From the NCBI GenBank assembly GCA_964516865.1, contig CAZEXD010000001.1, forward strand, positions 1 through 53,085: a DNA stretch of 53,085 nt, read 5' to 3'. The stretch comes from an uncultured Candidatus Saccharibacteria bacterium. GTDB lineage: Bacteria; Patescibacteriota; Minisyncoccia; Minisyncoccales; Staskawiczbacteraceae. The notes beneath the pieces were generated by a model. That model was given only the letters and a program-made list of their open reading frames with translations. It was not told the DNA's origin and searched no databases. The first letter of the stretch is position 1. Every line of letters begins with the position of its first letter. This document shows positions 9,001 to 17,347 of this stretch, piece after piece. The position numbers and the translations under genes were made by a program.

Positions 9001-9366
9001 ACTATTTCAGCCGGCAGTTCAGCGACTTATGTTTTAAGGGCAACTGCTTCAGGATTTGCGGCAACAGCTAATAAGACAGCTGACGATGGAGTGTCAATCA
9101 ATTTGGCTGGCGATACAACGGTAAACGGCGCTACGGTTAAATACATTAACGAAACTGCTAATACTCCCGGCGGTTATATAGCTTTGGTAACATCTACCGG
9201 AGGCTCTTCTACCGACGCCAACTTTATCTGGTCTGATGTCAGCGCCTTGTCTCACCTTTATACCACCGCCTCAACAGGTAGTACCCCAACATCCAGCGGC
9301 GACTGGGCGAACGGTTATCTGGTGAAAGATTTGCCGTTGTCCTCAACCACTTGGGTTGGACCGTAA
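6028..9366 (+). CDS. Large secreted cell-surface (S-layer-like) protein: signal peptide, PG_binding_1-like domain, Pro/Thr linker, at least six beta-sandwich-like repeats
   Basis: Signal peptide ...GVAVA/YT; VHQDVVYLKEILKAEGCG...YYGPKTKANVQCFQNKYKS...GTGTRAMLNALL (PG-binding pattern); TPTTPTTPS linker; recurring ~100-130 aa modules; Thr/Ser/Ala/Gly/Val-rich; visibly more GC-rich than flanks. Confidence 0.8.
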   Translation: MSIRTKIITATAASILGALLLSGVAVAYTGIPQGFTFTRNLPVGTVHQDVVYLKEILKAEGCGVGITNTTYYGPKTKANVQCFQNKYKSQISAYAGYQIGATGFVGTGTRAMLNALLAGTTPTTPTTPSAGLTVALAADNPASGTIVDGQALYPLAKITFTNGDSSEVKVTGLKLKRIGVSADASLNNTYLFDGATRLTDGAAVSSTVITFNDTAGLFTVPAGGSKTITVSADVNGTSGETFGIQVVASTDVTTNASSVKGNFPITGNLHTLASGTLAGVNFNATTTPSAANVDPQDDYTVWQNSVVVTTRAVNMTRISFRKTGSVANTDLQNFRLYVDGVQVGSTIANLDAKGYVTFDLTSAPQRLEAGTRVIKLLANIVGGSSLNFTFHLWNVADVTVVDTQYGANVLPQSESTTFSKRSSGEQSVNSGVITFTKMADSPTGNIVNSASNALLAKFQVKAAGEKIKVESLKVSLVCSDSDVSYLRNGMLLANGVQIGSTSNLKCTNQSTPYTSFSLGSSLIVEPGNPVTLEVKADIYDNDGTNDIDAGDTLKARIEGSSSENNAIGQVSAATIDAPSSDVDGNTLTVATGGLTLSKYTAYTNQSMVPPLTAAKIAHFTLTANTTEAVNINTIQINLNNVISSYASNLYVKFGDQTTTVKPSISAYQNSWSVNYTLAAGQTKDLIVYADINSSASGTGTVGAYITGTTASSATSVTAGGSTTTDSGQSIAFTTGTFTPAVDGSTPLAAIVAGGQQVVAGRFKFTTLYENYTLKEVRFTLGAAARSAAINNLILKDGDTVLATVPYDNTNEYFNITGLNVSIPANTTKVLSVVYDLSSSISSSTSTSQVDVQPTLAYVKYADSQGVETTSSTTYSTNKEVYVFKSIPTVSKVAVTTSTLSNQTVDLYSWKIAADAKGPIAVKQVKLDLTWRDTSGDSTLYLYAFKLYKDGNDISSLVTITDEDGHNLETTTAASGANEDSSKVIIYWATEDTISAGSSATYVLRATASGFAATANKTADDGVSINLAGDTTVNGATVKYINETANTPGGYIALVTSTGGSSTDANFIWSDVSALSHLYTTASTGSTPTSSGDWANGYLVKDLPLSSTTWVGP

Positions 9367-9419
9367 TTTTCCGGAAAGAACCCTTTGCTTGCTTGTGGGA
9401 AGCTGAAAGGGATAAAAAA

Positions 9420-9454
9420 CAAAGACCCCGCCTTTAATGGCGGGGCTTTGTTTT
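9420..9454 (+). terminator. Rho-independent terminator of the surface-protein gene
   Basis: CAAAGACCCCGCC-TTTAAT-GGCGGGGCTTTG followed by TTTT. Confidence 0.8.
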
Positions 9455-9481
9455 ACACGGATTAATACTGATTCTACGGAT

Positions 9482-9892
9482 TTATACTGATAATTTGTTT
9501 TGTTTTTTAGTGTGAATAAGTCGTTTGATTATTAGTTTTTTAGGAGTAAACCCAACCAACAATCCTAATTCGTATTTTGAACCCTTTAGATAACCCCAAA
9601 ACTGTTTTAGGTCTTCGTTGGTTATAAAAGGCTTGGATTTTATTTCAATTATTATTCTATCGTTTACTATGATATCTGGAAAGTAAATACCTACTTTTTT
9701 ACCTTTGTAATTAATATTAATTTGTTTTTTATTTTCAACAGTAAAGCCTATTAAAACCAGCTCATGGGAGAGTGAGCGATGTATTATTTCTTCCTTTATT
9801 CCGCCGGCTAAAGAATTATAGACATTAAAACACGCCCCTCTTATTTTATAGGACTCATTTTCATGTAACAATTTTTTTTCTTGGTTTTGCAT
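9482..9892 (-). CDS. GxxExxY-family protein (PD-(D/E)XK nuclease-like small protein)
   Basis: ESYKIRGACFNVYNSLAGGIKEEIIHRSLSHELVLIGF...YFPDIIVNDRIIIEIKS...LGLLVGF follows the family layout, including a D...E-x-K core. Confidence 0.8.
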   Translation of the reverse strand: MQNQEKKLLHENESYKIRGACFNVYNSLAGGIKEEIIHRSLSHELVLIGFTVENKKQININYKGKKVGIYFPDIIVNDRIIIEIKSKPFITNEDLKQFWGYLKGSKYELGLLVGFTPKKLIIKRLIHTKKQNKLSV

Positions 9893-9930
9893 ATCCGTAT
9901 TAATCAGCTAAAATCCGTATAAATCCGTGG

Positions 9931-12381
9931 CTAATAAGGTAATGTTTTCAAAAACTCCTCAATATCAGCTTTTGCCGCAGGTTCTATTTTTAAGATTTCC
10001 AGAGCTGTTTCCCGCGCTTTTTTATATTCGCCAAGTTCTTTATATATAAAAGCTAAAGTAGCGTAATATTGGATGTTTTTTTTATCCATTTTTATTAACG
10101 ATTCATAAATAGGAGCAAGTTTTTTGTAATTTTTGGCGGTTGTATACACAATTGCCAGCTGGCTGTATGATTGCTGATTATCGTAGGAATATCCCTTTTC
10201 TTTAGCCAGTTCAATATCTTTTTCTCCTTCTTGCTCTTCGTTTAGCGCGATTTCAGACAGCCCGAGATACCAGTAGCAGGAGCTAAGATTGTCTTCCAAA
10301 ACAAGGCACTGCCCGGCTTTTTCTTTCATTTTTTTAAAGTCGGCTGAGGCAAAATAAGCTTCTGCCAAGCCCATTAAAACTTCCTGGCGTTTGGGGCTTA
10401 ATTTTTGGGCTTTTGCCAGATAGTTCTCGCTCTTTTCCAAAAGCGATTTTTTTATTTCAGGATTTGTCTCCCTGGCTATTAAAACATTATTAAACTGGGC
10501 TAATAGAATCCAGCTTCTTGTGTAATTTGGGTGTATTTTTGCGCTGTATTTTAAGGCGTCTATTGATTTTTTTATGTATTCTAATTCGTTGTCTTTAATA
10601 TAATTTTCGCAACTCTTTACATTATCCACATATTTTAAACGCAAAAAAGAATCAAGAAAACTTTTTTGGCTGAATAATTTTTCAAAATCCTGCAATTTTT
10701 TATCGCAAACCAAGTCCTCTGCTTTGTTTATTTCTGCGTTTATTAAGAGCGGTTTTAGGTTGTATTTCCACAAAAACAATATCAGTAAAACTAATAAGGT
10801 GGTGATAATGATTTTTTTATGTTTTAATATTTTTCCGCTGAAATTACGCTGATTACTACGCTGATTTTCGCTGAGATTTTCGGCGTTCTTCCGCGTGGCC
10901 ATCAGTGTTGAATCAGCGGTGCCTGGTAAAGTCAGGTGTAGGGAATAGCCAATTATAAAAAAGAGCATTATATGAGTCGTAACGCTGTTAAATTCAAAAA
11001 ATAAATCTGTAAAATAAGCGATAAAGATTGCCTGTATGGCGTGGGCTGATATCTGTGTTTCTTTTTGTTCTGTTCTGTGTTTTGATCTGTGTAGCCGCCA
11101 GAATAGATAACCAAAGAAAAAAAGATAAACTAATAAAAACGGCAATCCGTATTGCACGGCGATATCCAAAAATATATTGTGGGCTCGGTCCCACCAGTCC
11201 TCGGTGGTTTTAATAAGATATGGCAAAGAAGGGTCGTAATATTTGTCAAACGCGATTGATTGGTTTTCCGGACCCCAGCCCAAAATTGGTTTTTCTTGTA
11301 TCGCCTTAAAAAATGTCTGCCAGGCGGAAAAACGGGTTTTAGTCAAATCTTGCACAGTCTCTTTAACAGATAATCGGTTGGCGATAAAAGATAATTTTTG
11401 ATTGTTTTTAATGAAATCGGGGAGGTTAGTTGTAGTGTTTAAATATAAAATAGCGGCGGCGAGCAAGGTTAAAATTAAAAAACCCGCTATTTTTATTTTC
11501 GCTCCCTCAGAACTTCGCGGCAGAAACTTTTTGCACAGCAAAAAAATAGATTTTTTTTGTCTTGCCATAGATTGGATAATTTGTTGGGAATTTTGTTTTT
11601 GCCCGTTTTGTAAAGGCAATTTTTTAACCGGATAAAAGAGAAAAAAGTAAAGCAAGCCGACGGCTAACCCAAGATAGCCGGAACGGGAACCAGAGATAAA
11701 AAGTCCAAACAAGAACACTGCAAGAGACAAGACATAAAAAAGTTTTTTTATTCCCCTTTCTTTTATAACGAAAGATAGAGCCGGGAAAAATAAAAGCAGC
11801 AGATAAATCGCCAGAAGTATAGGGCTGGATAGGGTAGAGGGCGGTCTGCTCTCGTAAGGAATAAAAATTTTAGGCAGAAGATTGTAATACTGTATCGCGG
11901 CAAAAAGCACGGCTATAATGCCAATGCAAAAAGAAAAGTCCCAAAGTTTTTTCCAATCTTTTTCTTTTGCGATTAGAAATAAGATTGCCGCGAATAGAAT
12001 ATAAAAAGCAAAATTTATAAATCCTCCGGAGCGGTGGGGCGACGTCCATAAACTAAACAAAACATCGCGCGAAAATATTGTTGACAAAAGAGCAAGCAGA
12101 AAAACTGCGCAAAAAATCCAAAAAATCATTTTTTGGCCGGCAATCCTTTCTTTTATTTGGTTTATAAATTTGTTTTCAAAGATTATTTGCCAGATAAAAA
12201 CAAGCAAAATAATAGAAAAAACAATTCTAAAAACAATTGCTTTTCCCCATTCCGGGGGGAAAAAATAAGGCGGAAGCGCTAAAATCGGCAAAGCTAAAAT
12301 TATAAAAAATCCGGTTAAATATAACCAATGAAGTTTATTAGAATGAGTGGGCATTGTTGTTTGAGTTAGGTTAATAGCCAA
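9931..12381 (-). CDS. Wzy_C (O-antigen ligase / O-oligosaccharyltransferase family) polytopic membrane protein with C-terminal TPR domain
   Basis: Many TM helices; SGSRSGYLGLAVGLLYFF and WGPENQS...WWDRAHNIFLDIAVQYGLPFLL match Wzy_C signatures; one more TM, then TPR-like repeats (YYATLAFIYKELGEYKKARETALEILKIEP). Confidence 0.8.
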   Translation of the reverse strand: MAINLTQTTMPTHSNKLHWLYLTGFFIILALPILALPPYFFPPEWGKAIVFRIVFSIILLVFIWQIIFENKFINQIKERIAGQKMIFWIFCAVFLLALLSTIFSRDVLFSLWTSPHRSGGFINFAFYILFAAILFLIAKEKDWKKLWDFSFCIGIIAVLFAAIQYYNLLPKIFIPYESRPPSTLSSPILLAIYLLLLFFPALSFVIKERGIKKLFYVLSLAVFLFGLFISGSRSGYLGLAVGLLYFFLFYPVKKLPLQNGQKQNSQQIIQSMARQKKSIFLLCKKFLPRSSEGAKIKIAGFLILTLLAAAILYLNTTTNLPDFIKNNQKLSFIANRLSVKETVQDLTKTRFSAWQTFFKAIQEKPILGWGPENQSIAFDKYYDPSLPYLIKTTEDWWDRAHNIFLDIAVQYGLPFLLVYLFFFGYLFWRLHRSKHRTEQKETQISAHAIQAIFIAYFTDLFFEFNSVTTHIMLFFIIGYSLHLTLPGTADSTLMATRKNAENLSENQRSNQRNFSGKILKHKKIIITTLLVLLILFLWKYNLKPLLINAEINKAEDLVCDKKLQDFEKLFSQKSFLDSFLRLKYVDNVKSCENYIKDNELEYIKKSIDALKYSAKIHPNYTRSWILLAQFNNVLIARETNPEIKKSLLEKSENYLAKAQKLSPKRQEVLMGLAEAYFASADFKKMKEKAGQCLVLEDNLSSCYWYLGLSEIALNEEQEGEKDIELAKEKGYSYDNQQSYSQLAIVYTTAKNYKKLAPIYESLIKMDKKNIQYYATLAFIYKELGEYKKARETALEILKIEPAAKADIEEFLKTLPY

Positions 12382-12425
12382 TAGTCAGTGGTCTATGGCG
12401 GGTGGTTTGGTCAAGGGTCTATGGT

Positions 12426-12758
12426 CTATGGCGGGTGGTCTTTAATTTTTGAAAAATTGTTCCAGGATTGTTTTAGACGATAAAGTTGCTTTCCAATAAT
12501 TTCATATTCTTTGATTAATTCCTCAGATAATTGTTCATTAATATTTTTACTATAAACATCTCGACACTGACATAAACTTACTTGTGTTTCATTCGTTTCT
12601 GCCATAGCATCGTCTAAATATTTTTGAAATCCGGCTTTTTGGTGTTTTTTAGCAAATCCTTCTGCAATTAATCGCGGTATTGCTTTACAGGAGCGGGAGA
12701 TTTGATCTTTTAAATCATATTTTTCATTGTTGGGGAGGCGAGGAATAATCTCTTTCAT
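12426..12758 (-). CDS. Four-helix-bundle protein (23S rRNA intervening-sequence protein family); homologous reading frame continues upstream to 12857 without a canonical start
   Basis: EKYDLKDQISRSCKAIPRLIAEGFAKK...ETNETQVSL matches the family. The 33 in-frame codons upstream encode KKITTYHDLDVYQRANKTSVLI (helix 1) but contain no ATG/GTG/TTG. Confidence 0.8.
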   Translation of the reverse strand: MKEIIPRLPNNEKYDLKDQISRSCKAIPRLIAEGFAKKHQKAGFQKYLDDAMAETNETQVSLCQCRDVYSKNINEQLSEELIKEYEIIGKQLYRLKQSWNNFSKIKDHPP

Positions 12759-13034
12759 TATCAGAACGCTTGTTTTATTGGCTCTTTGATAAACATCTAA
12801 ATCGTGGTAGGTTGTTATTTTTTTTATTGTTAGGTATGGTTTATTTTTGTTTTTTATTTAAAACAACATTAATACTTATTGCCATTACTCAAAAACCATT
12901 AACTAACCCCATACAGACCATTGACCATTAACCAAACTTACTACCACCGCCCATTAACTATCTACTAAACTCTTTATTTTCCCTTAATTCTATGATACAA
13001 TAATTTATTAAAATAACAACAAAAAAGAGGAAAA

Positions 13035-13484
13035 ATGAAGAAAATAGTTATTACCTCTGGCTATTTTAATCCATTGCACATCGGCCATATAAACTTATTT
13101 AGAGAAGCCAAGAAATTAGGCGATATTTTGGTTGTGATAGTCAACAATGATGAGCAGGTAAAGCTAAAAGGAAGCGTTCCCTTTATGTCGGAATCAGAAA
13201 GAATGGAAATTATAAAAGCGATAAGATATGTTGACGAGATTTTTCTGTCTATAGATAAAGATAAAAGCGTGACAGAAAGTTTGAAAGCGGTTGCTCAGAA
13301 ATACGTCGGCAATGAATTATTTTTTGCCAAAGGCGGAGACAGAAACGCGGACAATATTCCCGAAAGTGAAAAGCAGATTTGCCAAAAATATAATATAAAA
13401 ATAGTAAACAATGTCGGCGGAGATAAAGTGCAAAGTTCATCTTGGCTTTTAGCCAGGGTAAAAACAAATGAAAGACAATTTTAA
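13035..13484 (+). CDS. Cytidylyl/adenylyl-transferase family protein (TagD / RfaE domain II-like)
   Basis: HxGH motif in GYFNPLHIGHINLF; about 150 aa nucleotidyltransferase size; Shine-Dalgarno-like aagagga upstream. Confidence 0.7.
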   Translation: MKKIVITSGYFNPLHIGHINLFREAKKLGDILVVIVNNDEQVKLKGSVPFMSESERMEIIKAIRYVDEIFLSIDKDKSVTESLKAVAQKYVGNELFFAKGGDRNADNIPESEKQICQKYNIKIVNNVGGDKVQSSSWLLARVKTNERQF

Positions 13485-14190
13485 AAAAATAGGAATTTTA
13501 GGATACGGAGAAATTGGCAAGGCAATTGCCAAGTTTTATAAAAATCCAAAAATTAAAGATTTAAATAGAGATGATGGATTAGAAGGCGTGGATATTTTGC
13601 ATATTTGCATTCCATGGTCTAAAAAATTCGTTAGCATAGTCGCTAAAGAAATTCAAAGAATAAAACCAAAACTTACCATAATTCACTCAACCGTGGCTTT
13701 GGGCGAGACAAAAAAATTATCAGATAAATTTAGGGGAATGGTGGTCCACAGCCCCGTGCGCGGCGTTCACCCTTATCTTTATCAAGGTATAAAAACTTTT
13801 GTAAAATATATCGGCGCTGATAACAAAAAAGCCGCAAAAATGGCAAAAAAACATTTGGAGAGTTTAGGAATTAAAACAAAAGTTTTTTATCCTTCAGCGA
13901 CAACCGAAGCATTAAAACTGTGGGACACCACTCAATACGGCTGGTTTATAGTTTTAAATAAAGAAATTAAAAAATGGTGCGATAAAAATAGTTTAGATTT
14001 TGAAGCAGTTTATACAGACGCCAACAAAACCTATAACGAGGGCTATAAAAAATTAGGCAGGCCAGAAGTGGTAAGGCCCTATTTAAAATACATAGAAGGA
14101 AAAATAGGCGGCCATTGTATAATTCCCAATTGTCGTATTTTAAAGAGCGAAATCGCCAAGCTTATCTTGCGTAAAAATATTTCATATTGA
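13468..14190 (+). CDS. Short NAD(P)-binding protein related to the UDP-glucose/GDP-mannose dehydrogenase family
   Basis: GILGYGEIGKAIA Rossmann motif; TTEALKLWDTTQYGW and GGHCIIPN resemble the family's central helix and catalytic-Cys motifs, but only 240 aa. Confidence 0.4.
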   Translation: MKDNFKKIGILGYGEIGKAIAKFYKNPKIKDLNRDDGLEGVDILHICIPWSKKFVSIVAKEIQRIKPKLTIIHSTVALGETKKLSDKFRGMVVHSPVRGVHPYLYQGIKTFVKYIGADNKKAAKMAKKHLESLGIKTKVFYPSATTEALKLWDTTQYGWFIVLNKEIKKWCDKNSLDFEAVYTDANKTYNEGYKKLGRPEVVRPYLKYIEGKIGGHCIIPNCRILKSEIAKLILRKNISY

Positions 14191-14201
14191 GTTGAAAAAC
14201 A

Positions 14202-15686
14202 ATGAAGTTGAATATAAAAAAACTCTTTTTAGAAAATATCGGAATTAGACAAACAATTTTAAAAAACACTTTTTGGTTATTTTTAGCCGAAGTTGTAGTC
14301 AGGTTTTTAGGCCTGATTTTGATTATTTATATTGCCAGAGTTTTAGGCGCTACCGAATATGGCAAATTTGTTTTTGCGCTTTCTTTTGTTTCAATAATAT
14401 CTATTTTTTCTGATTTAGGAATTGTAGATATCTCTACTAGAGAATTTTCGCGCGACAGGGATAATGAAAAGAAATTTACCGGCATTTTTACTTTAGAACT
14501 TTTTCTTTGCTTTCTCTCTCTTTTTATCATATTTATTAGTTCTTTTTTTATTACCTCTGACCCTAAAATTCAAAAAATAATTTGGATTTTAGCTATTTTT
14601 GTTTTAAGTAATAGTTTACTTGACATTATTTTTTCTTTTTTAAGGGCAAGACAGAAAATGGAATATGAAGCCGCAATTAAAATTTTGCAATCTTTGTTTA
14701 ACACCGTAATAGTGCTTTCTATTATTTTTTGGATTCCATCTATTGAGAATTTAAGCTACGCCTATTTAACTTCAAATTTAATAGTTCTATTTTTGGTTTT
14801 GTTCTTTTTTAACTATTACTTTCAACCTCTAAAATTAAAATGGGAAAAATATTCATTAAATATTTTAAAAATTTCTTGGCCTTTAACCCTTGGTTTTATC
14901 TCAACTTGGTTTTATCTTCAACTAAATTCTTTTATGTTGGGTTATTTCGGTTTAATTACCGAAAACGGATGGTATGGAGCTGCTTCTAAAATCGCCACTG
15001 CCGTCATTCTACCCTCCTTTTTAATTGTTAAGAGTTTTTATCCAACGCTGAGCAAATTTTTTACTTTTTCAAAAGAAAAATTTCAAAAAACATGGAATTA
15101 TCTAATAAAGTCAATGATATTATTAGCCATACCTTTAGTAATAGGAGGAATAACATTATCTTCAAAAATTATAAGTTTTCTTTATGGCAGCGCTTTTGCC
15201 CCTTCTATTCCTATTTTCCAATTTTTGATATTTATAGTTGGCATCGGCTTTTTAAATTTTCCTTATAGTGTAATTCTTATTGTGGCGGAGAAGCAGAAAA
15301 ATAATTTTGAGTTGATTATGGCCGGAGCGATTATAAATATAATTTTGGATTTTTTCTTAATACCACTATACGGAGTTAATGGAGTATTGGTGGCTATGAC
15401 AATTGCTTCTCTCATTGTTCTTTTTTCAACAATAGTTCTTGTTAAATATCAAAATCAAACATCCATTTTTGTGTTTAATAAGAGAATAGTGAAGACGACC
15501 ATAATTTCTTCTTTTTCCACTTTAATAATGTATTTTGTTATAAGTTGTCCGTTGCTTTTTCGTTTTAATATTGTTTTATTATTTTTTATTGGAGTATTTG
15601 TTTATTTTTTTGTTTTGTTTATTTTATACAGGATTTTTTTTAAAATTAACTTAAAATTTCTTTTCTCAACATTAAAAAATCAATAA
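14202..15686 (+). CDS. wzx: Wzx-type oligosaccharide flippase (MOP superfamily)
   Basis: 494 aa, multi-pass hydrophobic, typical N-terminal LKNTFWLFLAEVVVRFLGLILIIYIARVLG pattern, glycan-locus context. Confidence 0.7.
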   Translation: MKLNIKKLFLENIGIRQTILKNTFWLFLAEVVVRFLGLILIIYIARVLGATEYGKFVFALSFVSIISIFSDLGIVDISTREFSRDRDNEKKFTGIFTLELFLCFLSLFIIFISSFFITSDPKIQKIIWILAIFVLSNSLLDIIFSFLRARQKMEYEAAIKILQSLFNTVIVLSIIFWIPSIENLSYAYLTSNLIVLFLVLFFFNYYFQPLKLKWEKYSLNILKISWPLTLGFISTWFYLQLNSFMLGYFGLITENGWYGAASKIATAVILPSFLIVKSFYPTLSKFFTFSKEKFQKTWNYLIKSMILLAIPLVIGGITLSSKIISFLYGSAFAPSIPIFQFLIFIVGIGFLNFPYSVILIVAEKQKNNFELIMAGAIINIILDFFLIPLYGVNGVLVAMTIASLIVLFSTIVLVKYQNQTSIFVFNKRIVKTTIISSFSTLIMYFVISCPLLFRFNIVLLFFIGVFVYFFVLFILYRIFFKINLKFLFSTLKNQ

Positions 15687-15697
15687 TCTTTTAAAAA

Positions 15698-16579
15698 ATG
15701 AAAAATCCATTAGTTTCAGTAATTATTCCAACCTACAACAAGAAAACATATGTCGTAAAAGCAATTGATAGTGTTTTAAATCAAACTTATAAAAACATAG
15801 AGATAATAGTAATTGATGACGGTTCAACAGATGGAACAGATAAGATGATTTCTGGGCTTAGTAAAAAAAATTCTAAATTTATCTTTTTAAGAAACGAGAC
15901 TAATTTAGGATTTGTTAAAACTTTAAATAAAGCAATAAGCAGGGCAAAGGGAAAATATATTGCCAGATTAGATGACGACGACATTTGGATTGATTCTCAA
16001 AAATTGGAAAAACAAATTAATTTTCTTGAATCGCATCCAGATTATGTATTAATAGGAAGCGGAATTATTGTCATAAAAGAAAAAGATGACTCCGAAATTA
16101 CCCGATTTCTTTTTCCGGAAGAAGATGAGGATATAAGAAGAACGCTTTTGATAGAAAATTTATTTGCTCACAGTGCTGTTGTTTTTTTAAAAAGCGCCTT
16201 TGAAAAAGTTGGAGGATATGATGAAGAGTTTGGTTTTTTTGCTGATAAAGATTTGTGGTTAAAATTAGGCAAAGTTGGAAAAATGCACAATTTGCCGGAA
16301 TACGGCGTTTGTTATTTAGATAAAGAATCATTTTGTGAATATAATGAGAGAAATTTAAAAATTCGCCGAAACTTAAAACAAAATTTATATTTAAGAAAAA
16401 AACATAAAGACAGTTATCAAGGTTATTTAAAAGCTGTTTTATTCTGTTGGGCAAGTTATTTTTATTCTTTTCTGCCTTTCCGCCAGCAAATTAAGCCAAT
16501 TTTGTTTAAAATAAGAATATTACTTTTGGGTCGTCCTGCTTATAAAATTCAAATTAAATCGAAAAATGACAATAAATAA
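15698..16579 (+). CDS. Family 2 glycosyltransferase
   Basis: VSVIIPTYNKKTYVVKAIDSVLNQTYKNIEIIVIDDGSTDGT and ARLDDDD (DxD). Confidence 0.85.
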   Translation: MKNPLVSVIIPTYNKKTYVVKAIDSVLNQTYKNIEIIVIDDGSTDGTDKMISGLSKKNSKFIFLRNETNLGFVKTLNKAISRAKGKYIARLDDDDIWIDSQKLEKQINFLESHPDYVLIGSGIIVIKEKDDSEITRFLFPEEDEDIRRTLLIENLFAHSAVVFLKSAFEKVGGYDEEFGFFADKDLWLKLGKVGKMHNLPEYGVCYLDKESFCEYNERNLKIRRNLKQNLYLRKKHKDSYQGYLKAVLFCWASYFYSFLPFRQQIKPILFKIRILLLGRPAYKIQIKSKNDNK

Positions 16580-17324
16580 AATAATATTTCTTTTAAGGAA
16601 AAGATTGCCCGAACCGATAAAAAAACCTCTTCGTTGGATTTATCATAAATGGAACATAAGGATAGATAAAGATACGCTAAACTTTTTAAAAAAATATTAT
16701 AATCTTCCAGAAAAAGATGTTTTTCGTCTTTTGAGAACTGGGGGAAAATTAAGCGCCGATTTTTGGTTTTGTTCCAATCCAAAAACAGAGGAAGAGGTAA
16801 TAAGATTTTATGAAGAAAATCCTTTTTATGTTTTTAATCTTATTTTTTGGCATGGTACCTCATATCAAAGAAAGTTGCGCGCAGAATTGATTGATTTGGC
16901 GACAGGAAGAGTTTTGGACTACGGCGGCGGAACAGGCGATTTGTCTTTAAAACTTGCCCAAAAGGGATTAAAGGTAGATTACGCGGACCTTCAGGGGAAA
17001 ACATTTAATTTTGCCAGAAGTTTTTTAAAAGAAAATAATCTAAATATTAATATGATTAATTTAAGTAAAACCGGAATTTCAAGGCGGTACGACACTATTT
17101 TTTGCATAGATGTTATAGAGCATGTTAAAAATCCCAAATCTTTGCTTAAAAATTTAGTTCAACATTTAAAAAAGGATGGCAGATTAATAATAACCGCTTT
17201 GCACCCCGATATATCTAAAGGGGCGCCGATGCATTTTGAAATCAATTTTGATGCGGAGGAGTATTTAAAATCGCTTGGTATGGAAAAGACGAAAGAGCCA
17301 TTTTTGTGGATTAAAAAATTCTGA
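16566..17324 (+). CDS. Class I SAM-dependent methyltransferase
   Basis: Motif I VLDYGGGTGDLSLKLAQKG; DTIFCIDVIEHV. Confidence 0.75.
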   Translation: MTINKIIFLLRKRLPEPIKKPLRWIYHKWNIRIDKDTLNFLKKYYNLPEKDVFRLLRTGGKLSADFWFCSNPKTEEEVIRFYEENPFYVFNLIFWHGTSYQRKLRAELIDLATGRVLDYGGGTGDLSLKLAQKGLKVDYADLQGKTFNFARSFLKENNLNINMINLSKTGISRRYDTIFCIDVIEHVKNPKSLLKNLVQHLKKDGRLIITALHPDISKGAPMHFEINFDAEEYLKSLGMEKTKEPFLWIKKF

Positions 17325-17347
17325 AAAACTTTAAAATTATTTCAAAA

